The notes: generated from the letters alone by a model not told the origin. DNA of 32,000 nucleotides from Pseudomonas aeruginosa (GCF_001457615.1 NZ_LN831024.1:3450001-3482000), one strand, 5' to 3'. Positions 1 to 9,709 are shown, counted from the stretch's first letter. Translations and numbers: made by a program.

Positions 1-161
1 GCGGGACGACTTCTCCGCCTGCGCTCTCCCATCCCCCATGACAGCACCCGGCCGGCGACACGGGCACCGACAGCGCCAGAGCGTACCGACCGGCCTGCGT
101 AACGGGTAGCGACCGGTCGAGTTCTGGCGCGCCGGAAAAGAATCTCCACGCGGGAATCGTC

Positions 162-1571
162 ATGAAAATACTCGCCCTTCTCGCAGCCTGCCTGCTGGCA
201 GGCTGCGCCGCCAACGCCCCGCTGCGCGATGACAGCGAATCGACCTGCGCCGACATGCGGCCTTGCAGCGACAGCTACTACGAACGCCATCCGAACTACG
301 AGATCGGCTTCGTCGAATACAGCGAGCGCGGCAACGACTTCGCGCCTGCCAGAACGCAACGCCTGATCGACCAGCTAAAGCGCTACTCCGCCCGGGGGGA
401 CATCGCCATGGTGGTGTTCATTCACGGTTGGAAGCACAACGCGGGACGGGACGACGGCAACGTCGCCAGCTTCAACAAGGCACTCGCCAATCTCGCCTCC
501 TCCGGGGTGCTGGGCAAACGCAGGCTGGTCGGCCTCTATGTTGGCTGGCGGGGCAAGTCGATGCATGGCCTGTATAGCGAGAACTTGACCTACTGGGACA
601 GGAAGGCCGTCGCCGAGGAAGTCGGCCGGGGTGGCGTCGCCGAGTTGCTCGCCCAGTTGGAACGGATCGATCGCAAGGACAGGAACTATCTGGTGATCGT
701 CGGCCACAGCTTCGGCGGCGCAATCACCCTCGGCGCACTTCACGACCCGTTGCTCGAACGCCTGCTGGCTCTCCAGGACGGTCAGCGGATACGCGCCTTC
801 GGCGACGCGGTAATCATGCTGAATCCGGCGATAGAGGCCAATCAGGGCCTGCTGCTCAAGGAGAACAGCCTCAAGGTCGGCGCCCTGGGAACCCAGCCGC
901 CGCCGCTGCTGTACGTCATCAGTTCGCACGGCGACAGCGCCACCCACTTCGCCTTCCCGCTCGGCCAATGGGTCGGCGTCAACCTCACCTGGAGCCAGGT
1001 GGACCTGGACAGGACCTACAACGGAACCCGCTATCGCCTCCGGGAAGAAGACCTGGATACCACCGCCCTCGGCAACTACAGCCTGTATCGGACCGCCCTG
1101 CTGATCGACCGCGAGTGCCCGCTGCCGGATGGCAGCGACAACTGCGCGCCAAGACCGCCCGAACCACGGGTGATCGACGACACCGATATCGGCAAATGGC
1201 GCTTCAGGAGCTTCTGCAGCGCGGACGGCGGCAACGCCGATCCGGCGCTGCCGCGCATGCCCTGCTACAGCAACGAGCCGGTCAACTTCATCTACACCTC
1301 GCAGTCCTTCATCGCCGACCACAACGATATCTTCAACGACCAGGTGATCGCCTTCATGGCCACCGCCGTCAGCAAGGCCATCTACGAACGCACGGCTGGC
1401 GCCTCCTACTACCGGGAGTGCCACGACCCGGTGCGGAAGAACTTCTCGTTCGGCAAGTGCTTCGACTTCCACTACCTCAAAGCCACGGCCATGCACCGGC
1501 GGCTGCAACGGCAACTCTCGGAACCCGGCACCCGCAGCGAACAGGACGTCCTCTATGAAAACCCTCTCTAG
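162..1571 (+). CDS. Lipoprotein, alpha/beta-hydrolase-fold serine hydrolase (lipase/esterase-like; PA1888-like hypothetical)
   Basis: Signal peptide with lipobox LLAG|C (MKILALLAACLLAGCAAN). VVFIHGWKHN segment, nucleophile elbow GHSFGG (GxSxG), and a late ADHNDIF His/Asp candidate. Single long frame with GC3 bias. ATG at 162. Confidence 0.8.
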   Translation: MKILALLAACLLAGCAANAPLRDDSESTCADMRPCSDSYYERHPNYEIGFVEYSERGNDFAPARTQRLIDQLKRYSARGDIAMVVFIHGWKHNAGRDDGNVASFNKALANLASSGVLGKRRLVGLYVGWRGKSMHGLYSENLTYWDRKAVAEEVGRGGVAELLAQLERIDRKDRNYLVIVGHSFGGAITLGALHDPLLERLLALQDGQRIRAFGDAVIMLNPAIEANQGLLLKENSLKVGALGTQPPPLLYVISSHGDSATHFAFPLGQWVGVNLTWSQVDLDRTYNGTRYRLREEDLDTTALGNYSLYRTALLIDRECPLPDGSDNCAPRPPEPRVIDDTDIGKWRFRSFCSADGGNADPALPRMPCYSNEPVNFIYTSQSFIADHNDIFNDQVIAFMATAVSKAIYERTAGASYYRECHDPVRKNFSFGKCFDFHYLKATAMHRRLQRQLSEPGTRSEQDVLYENPL

Positions 1572-2223
1572 CCTGCTCCTGATCGGCTTCGCCGTCGTTC
1601 TGCTCGCCCCGCGGATGGCGCCCGCCGCCAGCGCCGCCGAAGACAAGGCCACCTATTGCGGCTCCGGCTTCACCCAGTATCTGGTTCCGGACGACGTCGC
1701 GGGCTGCTCGCTCAGCGAGGCCTGCCGCCTGCACGATATCTGCTACGGCCGCTGCGACAAGGACGGCGACCTCTACGGCAGCGCCTACTGCGCGCAAAGC
1801 GAAAAGTCCGAAGCCCGCAACATGAGCAAGCAGCAGTGCGACGCCAGGCTGCAGGCCGACATCGCCGCACAGAACGGCAACAGCCGCCTGTGCCGCGCGG
1901 TGGGAGGCGTCTACCGGGTATTCGTGAAGCACCTGGGGCAAGGTCCGTTCAATGGCCGGGAGGCACTGGACATCTACCTGAAGGTCATGCAATCGGCGCC
2001 CAGCGCAGCCGACGCCGACGCCCGCCTCGAAGCCATCCATCAGCTACAGAAGCAGGGCCTGACCGACGCCAAGGAAATCCGTTACGACGCCGAGCGTATC
2101 GTCATCCCACTCAACAGGCCCGTGGAATCGCCGTTGACCAACGGCTCGGACACTCTCGTCCTGCCGCGCAACCTCGACCGGGAACGGCTGCGCCAGCTGG
2201 ACCAGCGGCTCATCCGCCAATGA
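1555..2223 (+). CDS. Secreted Cys-rich protein with phospholipase A2-like Ca-loop and His-Asp motifs (PA1887-like hypothetical)
   Basis: Sec signal ending PAASA|AE. YCGSG (aa 34-38) and CRLHDICYGRC (aa 57-67). AGGA 8 nt upstream of the ATG. Start overlaps the upstream stop by 17 nt. Confidence 0.75.
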   Translation: MKTLSSLLLIGFAVVLLAPRMAPAASAAEDKATYCGSGFTQYLVPDDVAGCSLSEACRLHDICYGRCDKDGDLYGSAYCAQSEKSEARNMSKQQCDARLQADIAAQNGNSRLCRAVGGVYRVFVKHLGQGPFNGREALDIYLKVMQSAPSAADADARLEAIHQLQKQGLTDAKEIRYDAERIVIPLNRPVESPLTNGSDTLVLPRNLDRERLRQLDQRLIRQ

Positions 2224-2226
2224 GCC

Positions 2227-4593
2227 TCAGAATAGTGCCATCTGCCGGTCGACCAAAGTGGCGAAATCATCGCCGACGAACGGCAGGATGGCGTCGGCCA
2301 CCGGCTGCAACTGCTTGCCCACGTAGTGCTCGTAGTCGATGGCCGAACGCCGCGCCTCGAGCGGCTCGGGACCGGCGACGCTGATCACGTAGCTGATCCA
2401 GCCGCCGCTCTGGTACTGCCGCGGGCGCCCGCGCTCGAGGTTGTAGTCGTCGGCGATGCGCGCCGCGCGCACATGCGGCGGCACGTTGCGCTGGTAATCG
2501 TCGAGGCGCCGGCGCAGGCGCTTGCGGTAGACCAGCAGGTCGTCCAGCTCGCCGGCCAGGGTCCGTCGTACGTAATCGCGCACGTAGTCCTGGTAGGGCT
2601 GGCGATTGAAGATGCGCAGGTAGAGTTCCTGCTGGAAGCGCTGGGCCAGCGGCGACCAGTCGGTGCGCACGGTCTCCAGGCCCTTGAAGACCATCTCCTC
2701 GCCACCGTCGGCGCGGCGCACCAGGCCGGCGTAGCGTTTCTTGCTGCCCTCCTCGGCGCCGCGCACGGTGGGCATGAGAAAACGCCGGTAATGGGTCTCG
2801 AATTGCAGCTCGAGGGCGCTGTCGAGGCCGAATTCTTCTTTCAGGTGCTCGCGCCACCAGTCGTTGACCCGCGCCACCAGCGCCCGGCCGATGGCCGCGG
2901 CCTCCTCCTCGGCGCGGGGGCTGCCGAGCCAGACGAAGGTGGAGTCGGTATCGCCATAGATCACCGTATAGCCCTCGGCCTCGATCAGCTCGCGGGTACG
3001 GCGCATGATCCGATGCCCGCGCAGGGTGATGGACGAGGCCAGGCGCGGGTCGAAGAAGCGGCAGCCGCTGGAACCCAGCACCCCGTAGAAGGCGTTCATG
3101 ATGATCTTCAACGCCTGCGAGAGCGGCTGGTTGCGTTCGCGCTTGGCCGCCTCGCGGCCCTCCCAGACCCGTGCGACGATGGCCGGCAGGCAATGCCGGG
3201 TACGCGAGAAGCGGGCGCCGCGAAAGCCTTCCACCGAGTGCTCGTCGTCCGGCTGGCGCAGGCCTTCCACCAGGCCGACCGGGTCGATCAGGAAGGTACG
3301 GATGATCGACGGATACAGGCTCTTGTAGTCGAGCACCAGCACCGATTCGTAGAGGCCCGGCCGCGAGTCCATGACGAAGCCGCCGGGACTGGCTTCCGGA
3401 CGCTTCTCGCCGAGGTTCGGGGCGACGAAGCCGGCGCGGTGCATCAACGGCATGTACAGGTGGGTGAAGGCCGCCACCGAGCCGCCGCTGCGGTCCGCCG
3501 GCAGGCCGGTGACGGTGGCCCGTTCGAGGAGGAAGTCGAGCAGTTCGGTACGGGCGAAGATCCGCGTCACCAATTCGCAGTCCTTCAGGTTGTAGTGCGC
3601 GAGGGCCGGCTTGTCCTCGGCGAACATGCGATCGATCTCGTCCATCCGCTGGTACGGATTGTCGATCGCCTTGCCTTCGCCGAGCAGGGTCCGGGCGACG
3701 TTCTCCAGGCTGAACGAGGGGAAGCTCCAGGTCGCCGAGCGCAGCGCCTCGATGCCATCGATGATCAGGCGGCCGGCCGCCGCGGCGAAAAAGTGGTTGT
3801 TGCGGCTGCCGTGCTCGCGCCAGCCCATTTCGTCGCCGCCACGCCCCAGGCGCAGCGGCACCTTCAGGCGCTGGGCATGCTCATGCAGGACGCGCAGGTC
3901 GAACTGCACCAGGTTCCAGCCGATGATGGCGTCGGGGTCGTGCTCGGCCAGCCACTGGTTGAGACGTTCCAGCAGCCCGGCACGGCTGTCGCAATAGTCG
4001 AGGCGGAAATCCACGGCCGCGGCATCGCCGTTGGCCGGGCCGAGCATGTATACCTGGCGCTGGCCGCAGCCTTCCAGGGCGATGGAGTAGAGATCGCCGC
4101 GGGCGTTGGTCTCGATGTCCAGCGACACCAGGCGCAGGCGCGGGCGATAGTCCGGAGCCGGCTTCAGGCGCCGGGCGAGCAGGCTGCCGTCAGCCTCGAC
4201 ACTCGCCTCCAGGCTGACCGGCGCGGTGATGAAGCGCTCCATCAGGTAGCGCTCCGGCGGCCGGATATCGGCCTCGAACACCTCGACGCCGGCCTGGCGC
4301 AAGCGTTTCTCCAGATTCATCAGTTGGCGATGCTGCTGGCAGTACAGGCCGAGCACCGGCCGCTGCTGGAAGTCGCGCAGCGCCAGCGGCCGCAGCTCGG
4401 CGCCAGTCTCCCCGGCGAGCAGGGACTCGACGCGCCCGCGCTGCTCGGCGAGGACGAACGCCACCGACGGCTGCGGCGGCAGCCGCACCTGCCGCGGGCC
4501 CTGCTCGGTCGCCAGCCAGAACGCGACTTCCGTGCCGGCCGGCGTATCGCGCCAGTGCCGGGTCAGGACGAACCCTTGCAGTAACTCCACCAT
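2227..4593 (-). CDS. polB: DNA polymerase II (family B)
   Basis: 788 aa. Exo I DIETN; pol motifs [10 protein letters not shown] (motif A), [12 protein letters not shown] (motif B), YGDTDSTFV (motif C). Collinear with E. coli Pol II as I recall it. Confidence 0.95.
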   Translation of the reverse strand: MVELLQGFVLTRHWRDTPAGTEVAFWLATEQGPRQVRLPPQPSVAFVLAEQRGRVESLLAGETGAELRPLALRDFQQRPVLGLYCQQHRQLMNLEKRLRQAGVEVFEADIRPPERYLMERFITAPVSLEASVEADGSLLARRLKPAPDYRPRLRLVSLDIETNARGDLYSIALEGCGQRQVYMLGPANGDAAAVDFRLDYCDSRAGLLERLNQWLAEHDPDAIIGWNLVQFDLRVLHEHAQRLKVPLRLGRGGDEMGWREHGSRNNHFFAAAAGRLIIDGIEALRSATWSFPSFSLENVARTLLGEGKAIDNPYQRMDEIDRMFAEDKPALAHYNLKDCELVTRIFARTELLDFLLERATVTGLPADRSGGSVAAFTHLYMPLMHRAGFVAPNLGEKRPEASPGGFVMDSRPGLYESVLVLDYKSLYPSIIRTFLIDPVGLVEGLRQPDDEHSVEGFRGARFSRTRHCLPAIVARVWEGREAAKRERNQPLSQALKIIMNAFYGVLGSSGCRFFDPRLASSITLRGHRIMRRTRELIEAEGYTVIYGDTDSTFVWLGSPRAEEEAAAIGRALVARVNDWWREHLKEEFGLDSALELQFETHYRRFLMPTVRGAEEGSKKRYAGLVRRADGGEEMVFKGLETVRTDWSPLAQRFQQELYLRIFNRQPYQDYVRDYVRRTLAGELDDLLVYRKRLRRRLDDYQRNVPPHVRAARIADDYNLERGRPRQYQSGGWISYVISVAGPEPLEARRSAIDYEHYVGKQLQPVADAILPFVGDDFATLVDRQMALF

Positions 4594-4658
4594 CGACCCC
4601 GAATCTCTCGCATCCGCCGATTCTACCCGGCCTGCCTTGGGAACGCCGGCATCTTCGG

Positions 4659-5192
4659 TCAGCCGGCAGCAGCCAGGCGCTTGTAGAAATAGGTGGTGGG
4701 ACAGGGCGTGCCGTCCGGCATCAGGGCGTAGTCCGGGATTTCCCCGACCCGTGTCCAGCCGGTCTTCAGGTACAGCCGTTCGGCGGCGCTGCCGCTGACC
4801 GTATCCAGCACCAGCAGGGACTTGCCGCAGGCCCGGGCGAGCCGGTCCAGCTCGCCCATCAGCGCCTCGCCGATGCCGCGCCGACGCGCACGCCGGTGCA
4901 CCAGCATCTTCGCCACGTCGGCGCGGTGCGGCTGGTTCGGCGGTTGGTCGAGGAGCAGTTGCACGGTACCGACGATCCGCCCCTCCGCTTCCGCCACCAG
5001 CAGCAGGCGTTCATCGCCCGCCACGCTCTCGCCGACGCCGCGCCAGAAAGCCAGCGCCCGCTCCCGCGGCAACGGCCACATGAAGCTGACCGAAGCCCCG
5101 CCTTCCACGCAGTCCAGCAGTACCTCGGCCAGTTCGTCCAGGCGCGCCAGGATCTCCTCGCCAGCCAGGCGGCGAATCGTCGGTTCGGTCAT
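4659..5192 (-). CDS. GNAT family N-acetyltransferase
   Basis: 177 aa from MTEPTIRRL. Acetyl-CoA motif [16 protein letters not shown]. The track ORF (to 5417) carries an implausible Arg/Ser-rich N-terminal extension. cat at 5190-5192. Confidence 0.85.
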   Translation of the reverse strand: MTEPTIRRLAGEEILARLDELAEVLLDCVEGGASVSFMWPLPRERALAFWRGVGESVAGDERLLLVAEAEGRIVGTVQLLLDQPPNQPHRADVAKMLVHRRARRRGIGEALMGELDRLARACGKSLLVLDTVSGSAAERLYLKTGWTRVGEIPDYALMPDGTPCPTTYFYKRLAAAG

Positions 5193-5223
5193 CGCGGGCA
5201 AGCTCCAATGCAAGGTCGAATTT

Positions 5224-5235
5224 CCAATATATTGG
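5224..5235. promoter_or_regulatory. Perfect 12-bp palindrome CCAATATATTGG in the 55-bp divergent GNAT/regulator intergenic region (candidate operator)
   Basis: Read directly. It is the only A+T-rich dyad between start codons at 5192 (-) and 5248 (+). Confidence 0.45.
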
Positions 5236-5247
5236 ACAGTGACTATC

Positions 5248-5829
5248 ATGGACGAGAAAAATCCGCCAGGGCCACTCATGGATATCGACGAACTGATTGC
5301 CCGACGCCTAGCCGCCCTGCGCAAGGAGCGCGAGCTGACCCTCGCCCAACTGGCCGAACGCTGCGCGGTGAGCAAGGCGATGATCTCGCGCATCGAGCGC
5401 AACCAAAGCAGCCCCACCGCCAGCGTCCTCGGCCGTCTCGCCGGCGGCCTGGGGGTCGCCCTCTCCGAGCTGCTCGGCGACGCGCAGGCGCCGGCCGAAC
5501 CGCTCTGCCGGCGCGCGCAGCAGGAAGTGTGGGAAGACCCGGCCAGCGGCTACCGCCGCCGCCAGGTCGGCGCTCTCGATCCGCGCAGCGGCTGCGAGAT
5601 GGTGGAAGTGGAGATCCCGGCGAACGCCCGCCTCGACTATCCCCGCTGGGGCGGCCGGCCCTACCGGCAGCGCCTGTGGCTGGTCGAGGGTGCGCTGCGG
5701 GTGGATTACGGCGAGCAGTCGTTCCACCTGCAACGCGGCGACCGCCTGGACTTCGGCGTCGACCGCGCGGTGACCTTCGCCACCGCCGGGCAAGCCTGCC
5801 GCTACCTGCTGGTGATCCTCCACGACTAG
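5248..5829 (+). CDS. XRE-family HTH transcriptional regulator with C-terminal cupin domain
   Basis: [32 protein letters not shown]-terminal beta-rich [26 protein letters not shown] cupin-like segment. Start MDEKNPP at 5248 (alternative ATG at 5278). The track ORF from 4822 is an antisense extension over the GNAT gene. Confidence 0.85.
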   Translation: MDEKNPPGPLMDIDELIARRLAALRKERELTLAQLAERCAVSKAMISRIERNQSSPTASVLGRLAGGLGVALSELLGDAQAPAEPLCRRAQQEVWEDPASGYRRRQVGALDPRSGCEMVEVEIPANARLDYPRWGGRPYRQRLWLVEGALRVDYGEQSFHLQRGDRLDFGVDRAVTFATAGQACRYLLVILHD

Positions 5830-6224
5830 TCGTGCGGCTTTTTCCGCCGGCGCTCCGGCGACCAGTCGAGGGCGCCGACCCGGTGCAGGTAGAACAGTCC
5901 GACCAGCAGCAGGGAGACGAACAGCGTCGCCTCGACGAAACCCGCCCAGCCATTCTCCCGCAGCGACACCGCCCAGAGGTAGAGGAACGGCATCTCGATG
6001 CCGAAGATCACGAACAGCATGGCGACCAACGCGTACTTGACCGAGAAGCGCAAGCGCGACGAGCCGGTGGAATCCACCCCCGACTCGAACGGCAGGTTCT
6101 TCGCCCGGCCATGCGATCGGCCGCCCAGCACCCGGCCCAACCCCAGCATGAGCAGGCAAAGGGCGAGCGCGCCGAAGAGGTAGGCGAGCAAGGCCCAGGT
6201 CGCGGGAGCGAAGGATGCGTACAT
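5826..6224 (-). CDS. NuoA / NADH:quinone oxidoreductase subunit 3 family membrane protein, orphan copy
   Basis: 132 aa, three hydrophobic helices. NuoA-type core PFESG...[25 protein letters not shown]. No other nuo genes in the window. Starts 12 nt after the sugE stop, with GAGGGG upstream. Confidence 0.8.
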   Translation of the reverse strand: MYASFAPATWALLAYLFGALALCLLMLGLGRVLGGRSHGRAKNLPFESGVDSTGSSRLRFSVKYALVAMLFVIFGIEMPFLYLWAVSLRENGWAGFVEATLFVSLLLVGLFYLHRVGALDWSPERRRKKPHD

Positions 6225-6236
6225 GATGGTCGCCCC

Positions 6237-6560
6237 TCAGCCCTGACGGGTCGCCAGCTTGAGAATGACGATGCCGGCCACGATCAGCCCCACCGCCAGC
6301 AGCCGCAACGGGCTCGGGCTTTCGCCGAAGAGCAGGATGCCCAGGGCGAAGGCGCCGACCGCACCGATGCCGACCCAGATGGTGTAGGCCGTGCCGAGGG
6401 GCAGGGTTTTCATGGAAACGGCCAGCAGGCCGAAGCTGAGGATCATGAACAGCAGGGTGACCAGGCTCGGCCACAGGCGGGTGAAGCCGGCCGACTCCTT
6501 CATGGCCGTGGCCCAGACGATTTCGAAGACACCGGCGAGCAAGAGATAGATCCACGCCAT
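6237..6560 (-). CDS. sugE: SMR-family guanidinium exporter (SugE/Gdx)
   Basis: 107 aa [23 protein letters not shown]...: four TM helices with the conserved membrane Glu in the EIVWA context typical of SugE. The 440-aa track ORF is an upstream extension through the riboswitch and is rejected. Confidence 0.9.
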   Translation of the reverse strand: MAWIYLLLAGVFEIVWATAMKESAGFTRLWPSLVTLLFMILSFGLLAVSMKTLPLGTAYTIWVGIGAVGAFALGILLFGESPSPLRLLAVGLIVAGIVILKLATRQG

Positions 6561-6573
6561 TTTCAGCCTCTCT

Positions 6574-6619
6574 GCAGGGTCGTCCCCGCGCAATGAAAGA
6601 GGGAAAACGGGTCGTCCCG
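6574..6619 (-). promoter_or_regulatory. Guanidine-II (mini-ykkC) riboswitch: two ACGA-loop hairpins upstream of sugE
   Basis: Minus-strand read: CGGG-ACGA-CCCG (6619-6608), an 18-nt linker UUUUCCCUCUUUCAUUGC, then GCGGGG-ACGA-CCCUGC (6589-6574), then AGAGAGG SD and AUG at 6560. ACGR tetraloops closed by C-G pairs are the family hallmark. Confidence 0.85.
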
Positions 6620-6890
6620 CTTCCGGCTGAAAGTGCGTGCCGCCCGGGCGGGCGTCAGTCACCGACGGCAGCGATCCTAGCGCGTTGCCGATGCCGGGTG
6701 AACGCCTGCGCCGACGGAGTTGTTTCGCCGCGTTTCCGCGCCGTGCCCGCCGGGACGCTCGGCAGGATTGATCTAGACTTTCGCAGGATCGTGCAAGGCG
6801 TCCGTTTCGTCCTTCGCGCACACTTCGCCCGATGCATCCCTGCCTGATAAGAGATAACGCCCTGCCCGGGCCTTTCCGTGGAGAATCAGC

Positions 6891-7352
6891 ATGCCCACCT
6901 CGCTCGTCCTGAACGGCAAGAACGTCACCCTCGACGTCGATCCCAACATGCCCCTGCTCTGGGCCATCCGGGAAAGCGCCGGCCTGCACGGCACCAAGTT
7001 CGGCTGCGGCATGGCCCAGTGCGGTGCCTGCACCGTGCAGCTGGACGGCACCGCGGTACGTTCCTGCGTGCTGCCGGTCTCCGCGGTCGCCGGCAAGCGC
7101 GTCACCACCATCGAGGGTATCCAGAGCAAGCCCGGCAAGGCCGTGCAGGACGCCTGGGTCAAGCTCCAGGTACCGCAGTGCGGCTACTGCCAGTCCGGCC
7201 AGATCATGTCCGCCACCGCGCTGCTGGAGCAGAACGCCAGCCCCAGCGACGCCGACATCGATGCCGCGATGAACGGCAACATCTGCCGCTGCGCCGCCTA
7301 TGTGCGGATCCGCGCCGCCATCCACGAAGCCGCCGACACCCTGAAGGCCTGA
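6891..7352 (+). CDS. (2Fe-2S)-binding small subunit of a molybdopterin oxidoreductase (isoquinoline 1-oxidoreductase/aldehyde oxidoreductase alpha-like)
   Basis: Cys clusters [11 protein letters not shown]...C and [10 protein letters not shown]...CRCAAY, typical of Fer2 plus Fer2_2 domains. GGAGAA SD upstream. Confidence 0.9.
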   Translation: MPTSLVLNGKNVTLDVDPNMPLLWAIRESAGLHGTKFGCGMAQCGACTVQLDGTAVRSCVLPVSAVAGKRVTTIEGIQSKPGKAVQDAWVKLQVPQCGYCQSGQIMSATALLEQNASPSDADIDAAMNGNICRCAAYVRIRAAIHEAADTLKA

Positions 7353-7356
7353 CGCC

Positions 7357-9552
7357 ATGAACAGCAAGATCGATCTGAGCAACGCCCTGCCCGGCTCGCG
7401 CCGCGGCTTCCTCAAAGGCGCCGCGGTGGTCGGCCTGACCATCGGCTTCCAGTGGAGCGGAGCCCGGCGTGCCCTCGCCGCGGCCCTGCCGGACGCCGGC
7501 TTCGCGCCCAACGCCTTCCTGCGGATCGCTCCGGACGACAGTGTCACGGTGATCGCCAAGCACGTGGAGATGGGCCAGGGTGCCTATACCGGTATCGCCA
7601 CCATCGTCGCCGAGGAACTCGACGCGGACTGGAGCAAGGTCCGCGTGGAAAGCGCGCCCGCCGACGCCAAGCGCTACGCCAACCTGGCCTTCGGCACCAT
7701 GCAGGGCACCGGCGGCAGTTCGGCGATGGCCAACTCCTGGATGCAATTGCGCGAGGCCGGGGCCAAGGCGCGCGCGATGCTGGTCGAGGCCGCCGCCCGC
7801 CAGTGGCGAGTGCCGGCCACCGAACTGCGCACCCGCGACGGCTTCGTCGAACATCCGGCCAGCCAGCGCAAGGCCAGCTACGGTTCGCTGGCCGCTGCGG
7901 CGGCGGAACTGCCGGTGCCGGAAAAAGTGCAATTGAAGGATCCCAAGGACTTCCGCCTGATCGGTCACCAGGCGCCGCGCGTCGACGTTCCCGGCAAGAC
8001 CGACGGCAGTGCGCAATTCACCCTCGACGTCAGCCTGCCCGGCATGCTGGTCGCCCTGCTCCAGCGCCCGCCGCTGTTCGGCGCCACGGTGAAATCGTTC
8101 GACGCCACGGCGACCAGGGCGATTCCGGGGGTGGTCGAGGTGGTCCAGGTGCCGCACGGCGTGGCGGTGGTCGCCAAGGGCTTCTGGGCGGCGAAGCAAG
8201 GCCGCGACGCGCTCAAGGTCGAGTGGGACGAGAGCAAGGCCGAGAAGCGTGGTTCCGAGGCGCTGATGGCGGAGTACCGCAAGCTCGCCGAGCAACCCGG
8301 CAAGCCCGCGCGCAGGGACGGCGACGCCGCCAAGGCGGTGGCCGGGGCGACCCGCAGGATCGCCGCCAGCTACGAGTTCCCGTTCCTCGCCCATGCGCCG
8401 ATGGAGCCGCTGGACGCGGTGGTCAGGCTGACCGCCGACAGCTGCGAGATCTGGGCCGGCGACCAGTTCCAGACCGTCGACCAGGGCAACGCGGCGCGCA
8501 CCGCCGGGCTGAAGCCGGAGCAGGTGAAGATCAATACGCTCTACGCCGGCGGCAGCTTCGGCCGGCGCGCCAACGCCTGGTCGGACTATATCGTCGAGGC
8601 GGTATCGATCGCCAAGGCGCTGGGCGCCAACGGCGTGCCGGTGAAGCTGCAATGGACCCGCGAGGACGACATCCACGGCGGTTTCTACCGGCCGATGTAC
8701 TACCACCGGCTCGAAGCCGGGCTCGACGCCGACGGCAAGCTGGTCGGCTGGCAACATCGCATCGTCGGCCAGTCGATCCTGGAAGGCACGCCGTTCGCCG
8801 CGGTGATGGTCAAGGACGGCATCGACGCCACCTCGGTGGAAGGCGCCGCCAACCTGCCCTATGCGGTGCCCAATGTCTCGGTCGAGCTGAGCACCACCCA
8901 GGTCGGCGTGCCGGTCCTGTGGTGGCGGGTGGTCGGCAGCTCGCACACGGTCTACGCGGTGGAGGCGTTCATCGACGAGGCGGCGCAGGCCGCCGGCAAG
9001 GACCCCTACCTGTTCCGCCGCGACCTGCTGGCAGAGCAGCCGCGCCTGCGCGGCGTGCTCGAACTGGCTGCGGAAAAGGCCGGCTGGGACCCGTCCAGGC
9101 CGCTGCCCGCCGGGCGCGGGCGCGGGATCGCGGTGACCGAGGCATTCAAGACCTTCGTCGCCCAGGTGGTCGAGGTCTCGGTGGACAAGGACGGCAAGCT
9201 GAAGGTCGAGCGGGTGGTCTGTGCGGTGGACTGTGGCATCCCGATCAACCCGGACGTGATCGCCGCGCAGATGGAGGGCGGCATCGGCTTCGGCCTCGGC
9301 GCGATCCTGCACAGCGCGATCACCCTGAAGGACGGCAAGGTCGAGCAGAACAACTTCGACGGCTACCAGGTGCTGCGGATCGCCGAGATGCCCAAGGTCG
9401 AAGTGCACATCGTGCCCTCCGGCGAAGCGCCCACCGGGGTCGGCGAACCCGGTGTGGCGCCCATCGGCCCGGCGCTGGCCAATGCGATCTTCGCCGCCAC
9501 CGGGCAACGCCTGTACAACCTGCCCTTCCCCACCTCCTTCGCCAAGGCCTGA
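7357..9552 (+). CDS. Molybdopterin-binding large subunit (IorB / xanthine dehydrogenase family), Tat-exported
   Basis: Twin-arginine signal [14 protein letters not shown]. 731 aa. Starts 4 nt after the small subunit. C-terminal GVGEPGV...P motif typical of aldehyde oxidase/XDH Mo-binding subunits. Confidence 0.9.
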   Translation: MNSKIDLSNALPGSRRGFLKGAAVVGLTIGFQWSGARRALAAALPDAGFAPNAFLRIAPDDSVTVIAKHVEMGQGAYTGIATIVAEELDADWSKVRVESAPADAKRYANLAFGTMQGTGGSSAMANSWMQLREAGAKARAMLVEAAARQWRVPATELRTRDGFVEHPASQRKASYGSLAAAAAELPVPEKVQLKDPKDFRLIGHQAPRVDVPGKTDGSAQFTLDVSLPGMLVALLQRPPLFGATVKSFDATATRAIPGVVEVVQVPHGVAVVAKGFWAAKQGRDALKVEWDESKAEKRGSEALMAEYRKLAEQPGKPARRDGDAAKAVAGATRRIAASYEFPFLAHAPMEPLDAVVRLTADSCEIWAGDQFQTVDQGNAARTAGLKPEQVKINTLYAGGSFGRRANAWSDYIVEAVSIAKALGANGVPVKLQWTREDDIHGGFYRPMYYHRLEAGLDADGKLVGWQHRIVGQSILEGTPFAAVMVKDGIDATSVEGAANLPYAVPNVSVELSTTQVGVPVLWWRVVGSSHTVYAVEAFIDEAAQAAGKDPYLFRRDLLAEQPRLRGVLELAAEKAGWDPSRPLPAGRGRGIAVTEAFKTFVAQVVEVSVDKDGKLKVERVVCAVDCGIPINPDVIAAQMEGGIGFGLGAILHSAITLKDGKVEQNNFDGYQVLRIAEMPKVEVHIVPSGEAPTGVGEPGVAPIGPALANAIFAATGQRLYNLPFPTSFAKA

Positions 9553-9563
9553 GCGAGACGCCC

Positions 9564-9587
9564 GCCGGCAGCTCCACGGCTGCCGGC
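9564..9587 (+). terminator. GC-rich hairpin after the oxidoreductase operon (no U tract)
   Basis: GCCGGCAGC-tccacg-GCTGCCGGC, a 9-bp perfect stem 12 nt after the TGA at 9550-9552. It lacks a T run, so intrinsic-terminator function is uncertain. Confidence 0.4.
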
Positions 9588-9709
9588 GCGGCGCGGGCGG
9601 CCCTCCGAGGATCGCCGCCGACCATACGGGTCCCCCCGGTGTCGCGCCGATTTGCCTCCGCCCGGCGTCGGGCGCAGACTTCAGCGTCCATTCGCCCGCG
9701 TAGCCAAGC

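Noticed and set aside
110-119. 10-bp palindrome CGACCGGTCG upstream of the lipoprotein hydrolase gene; also GGCGGCCGCC at ~28355
   Set aside because: Short all-GC-type palindromes are expected by chance at this base composition. There is no supporting context.
2326-4584. 752-aa + strand ORF, and the 308-aa minus-strand alternate-frame ORF, inside polB
   Set aside because: These are antisense or alternate frames of a gene with unmistakable family-B polymerase motifs. Their translations are low-complexity Ala/Arg/Gly.
4594-4658. Search for a LexA/SOS box upstream of polB
   Set aside because: No CTG-N10-CAG-type dyad is present, so no SOS operator is claimed.
6561-7559. Upstream extension of the sugE ORF to 440 aa
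   Set aside because: The extension runs through the riboswitch and antisense to the 2Fe-2S gene. The SMR homology starts at MAWIYLL (6560), which has an SD.
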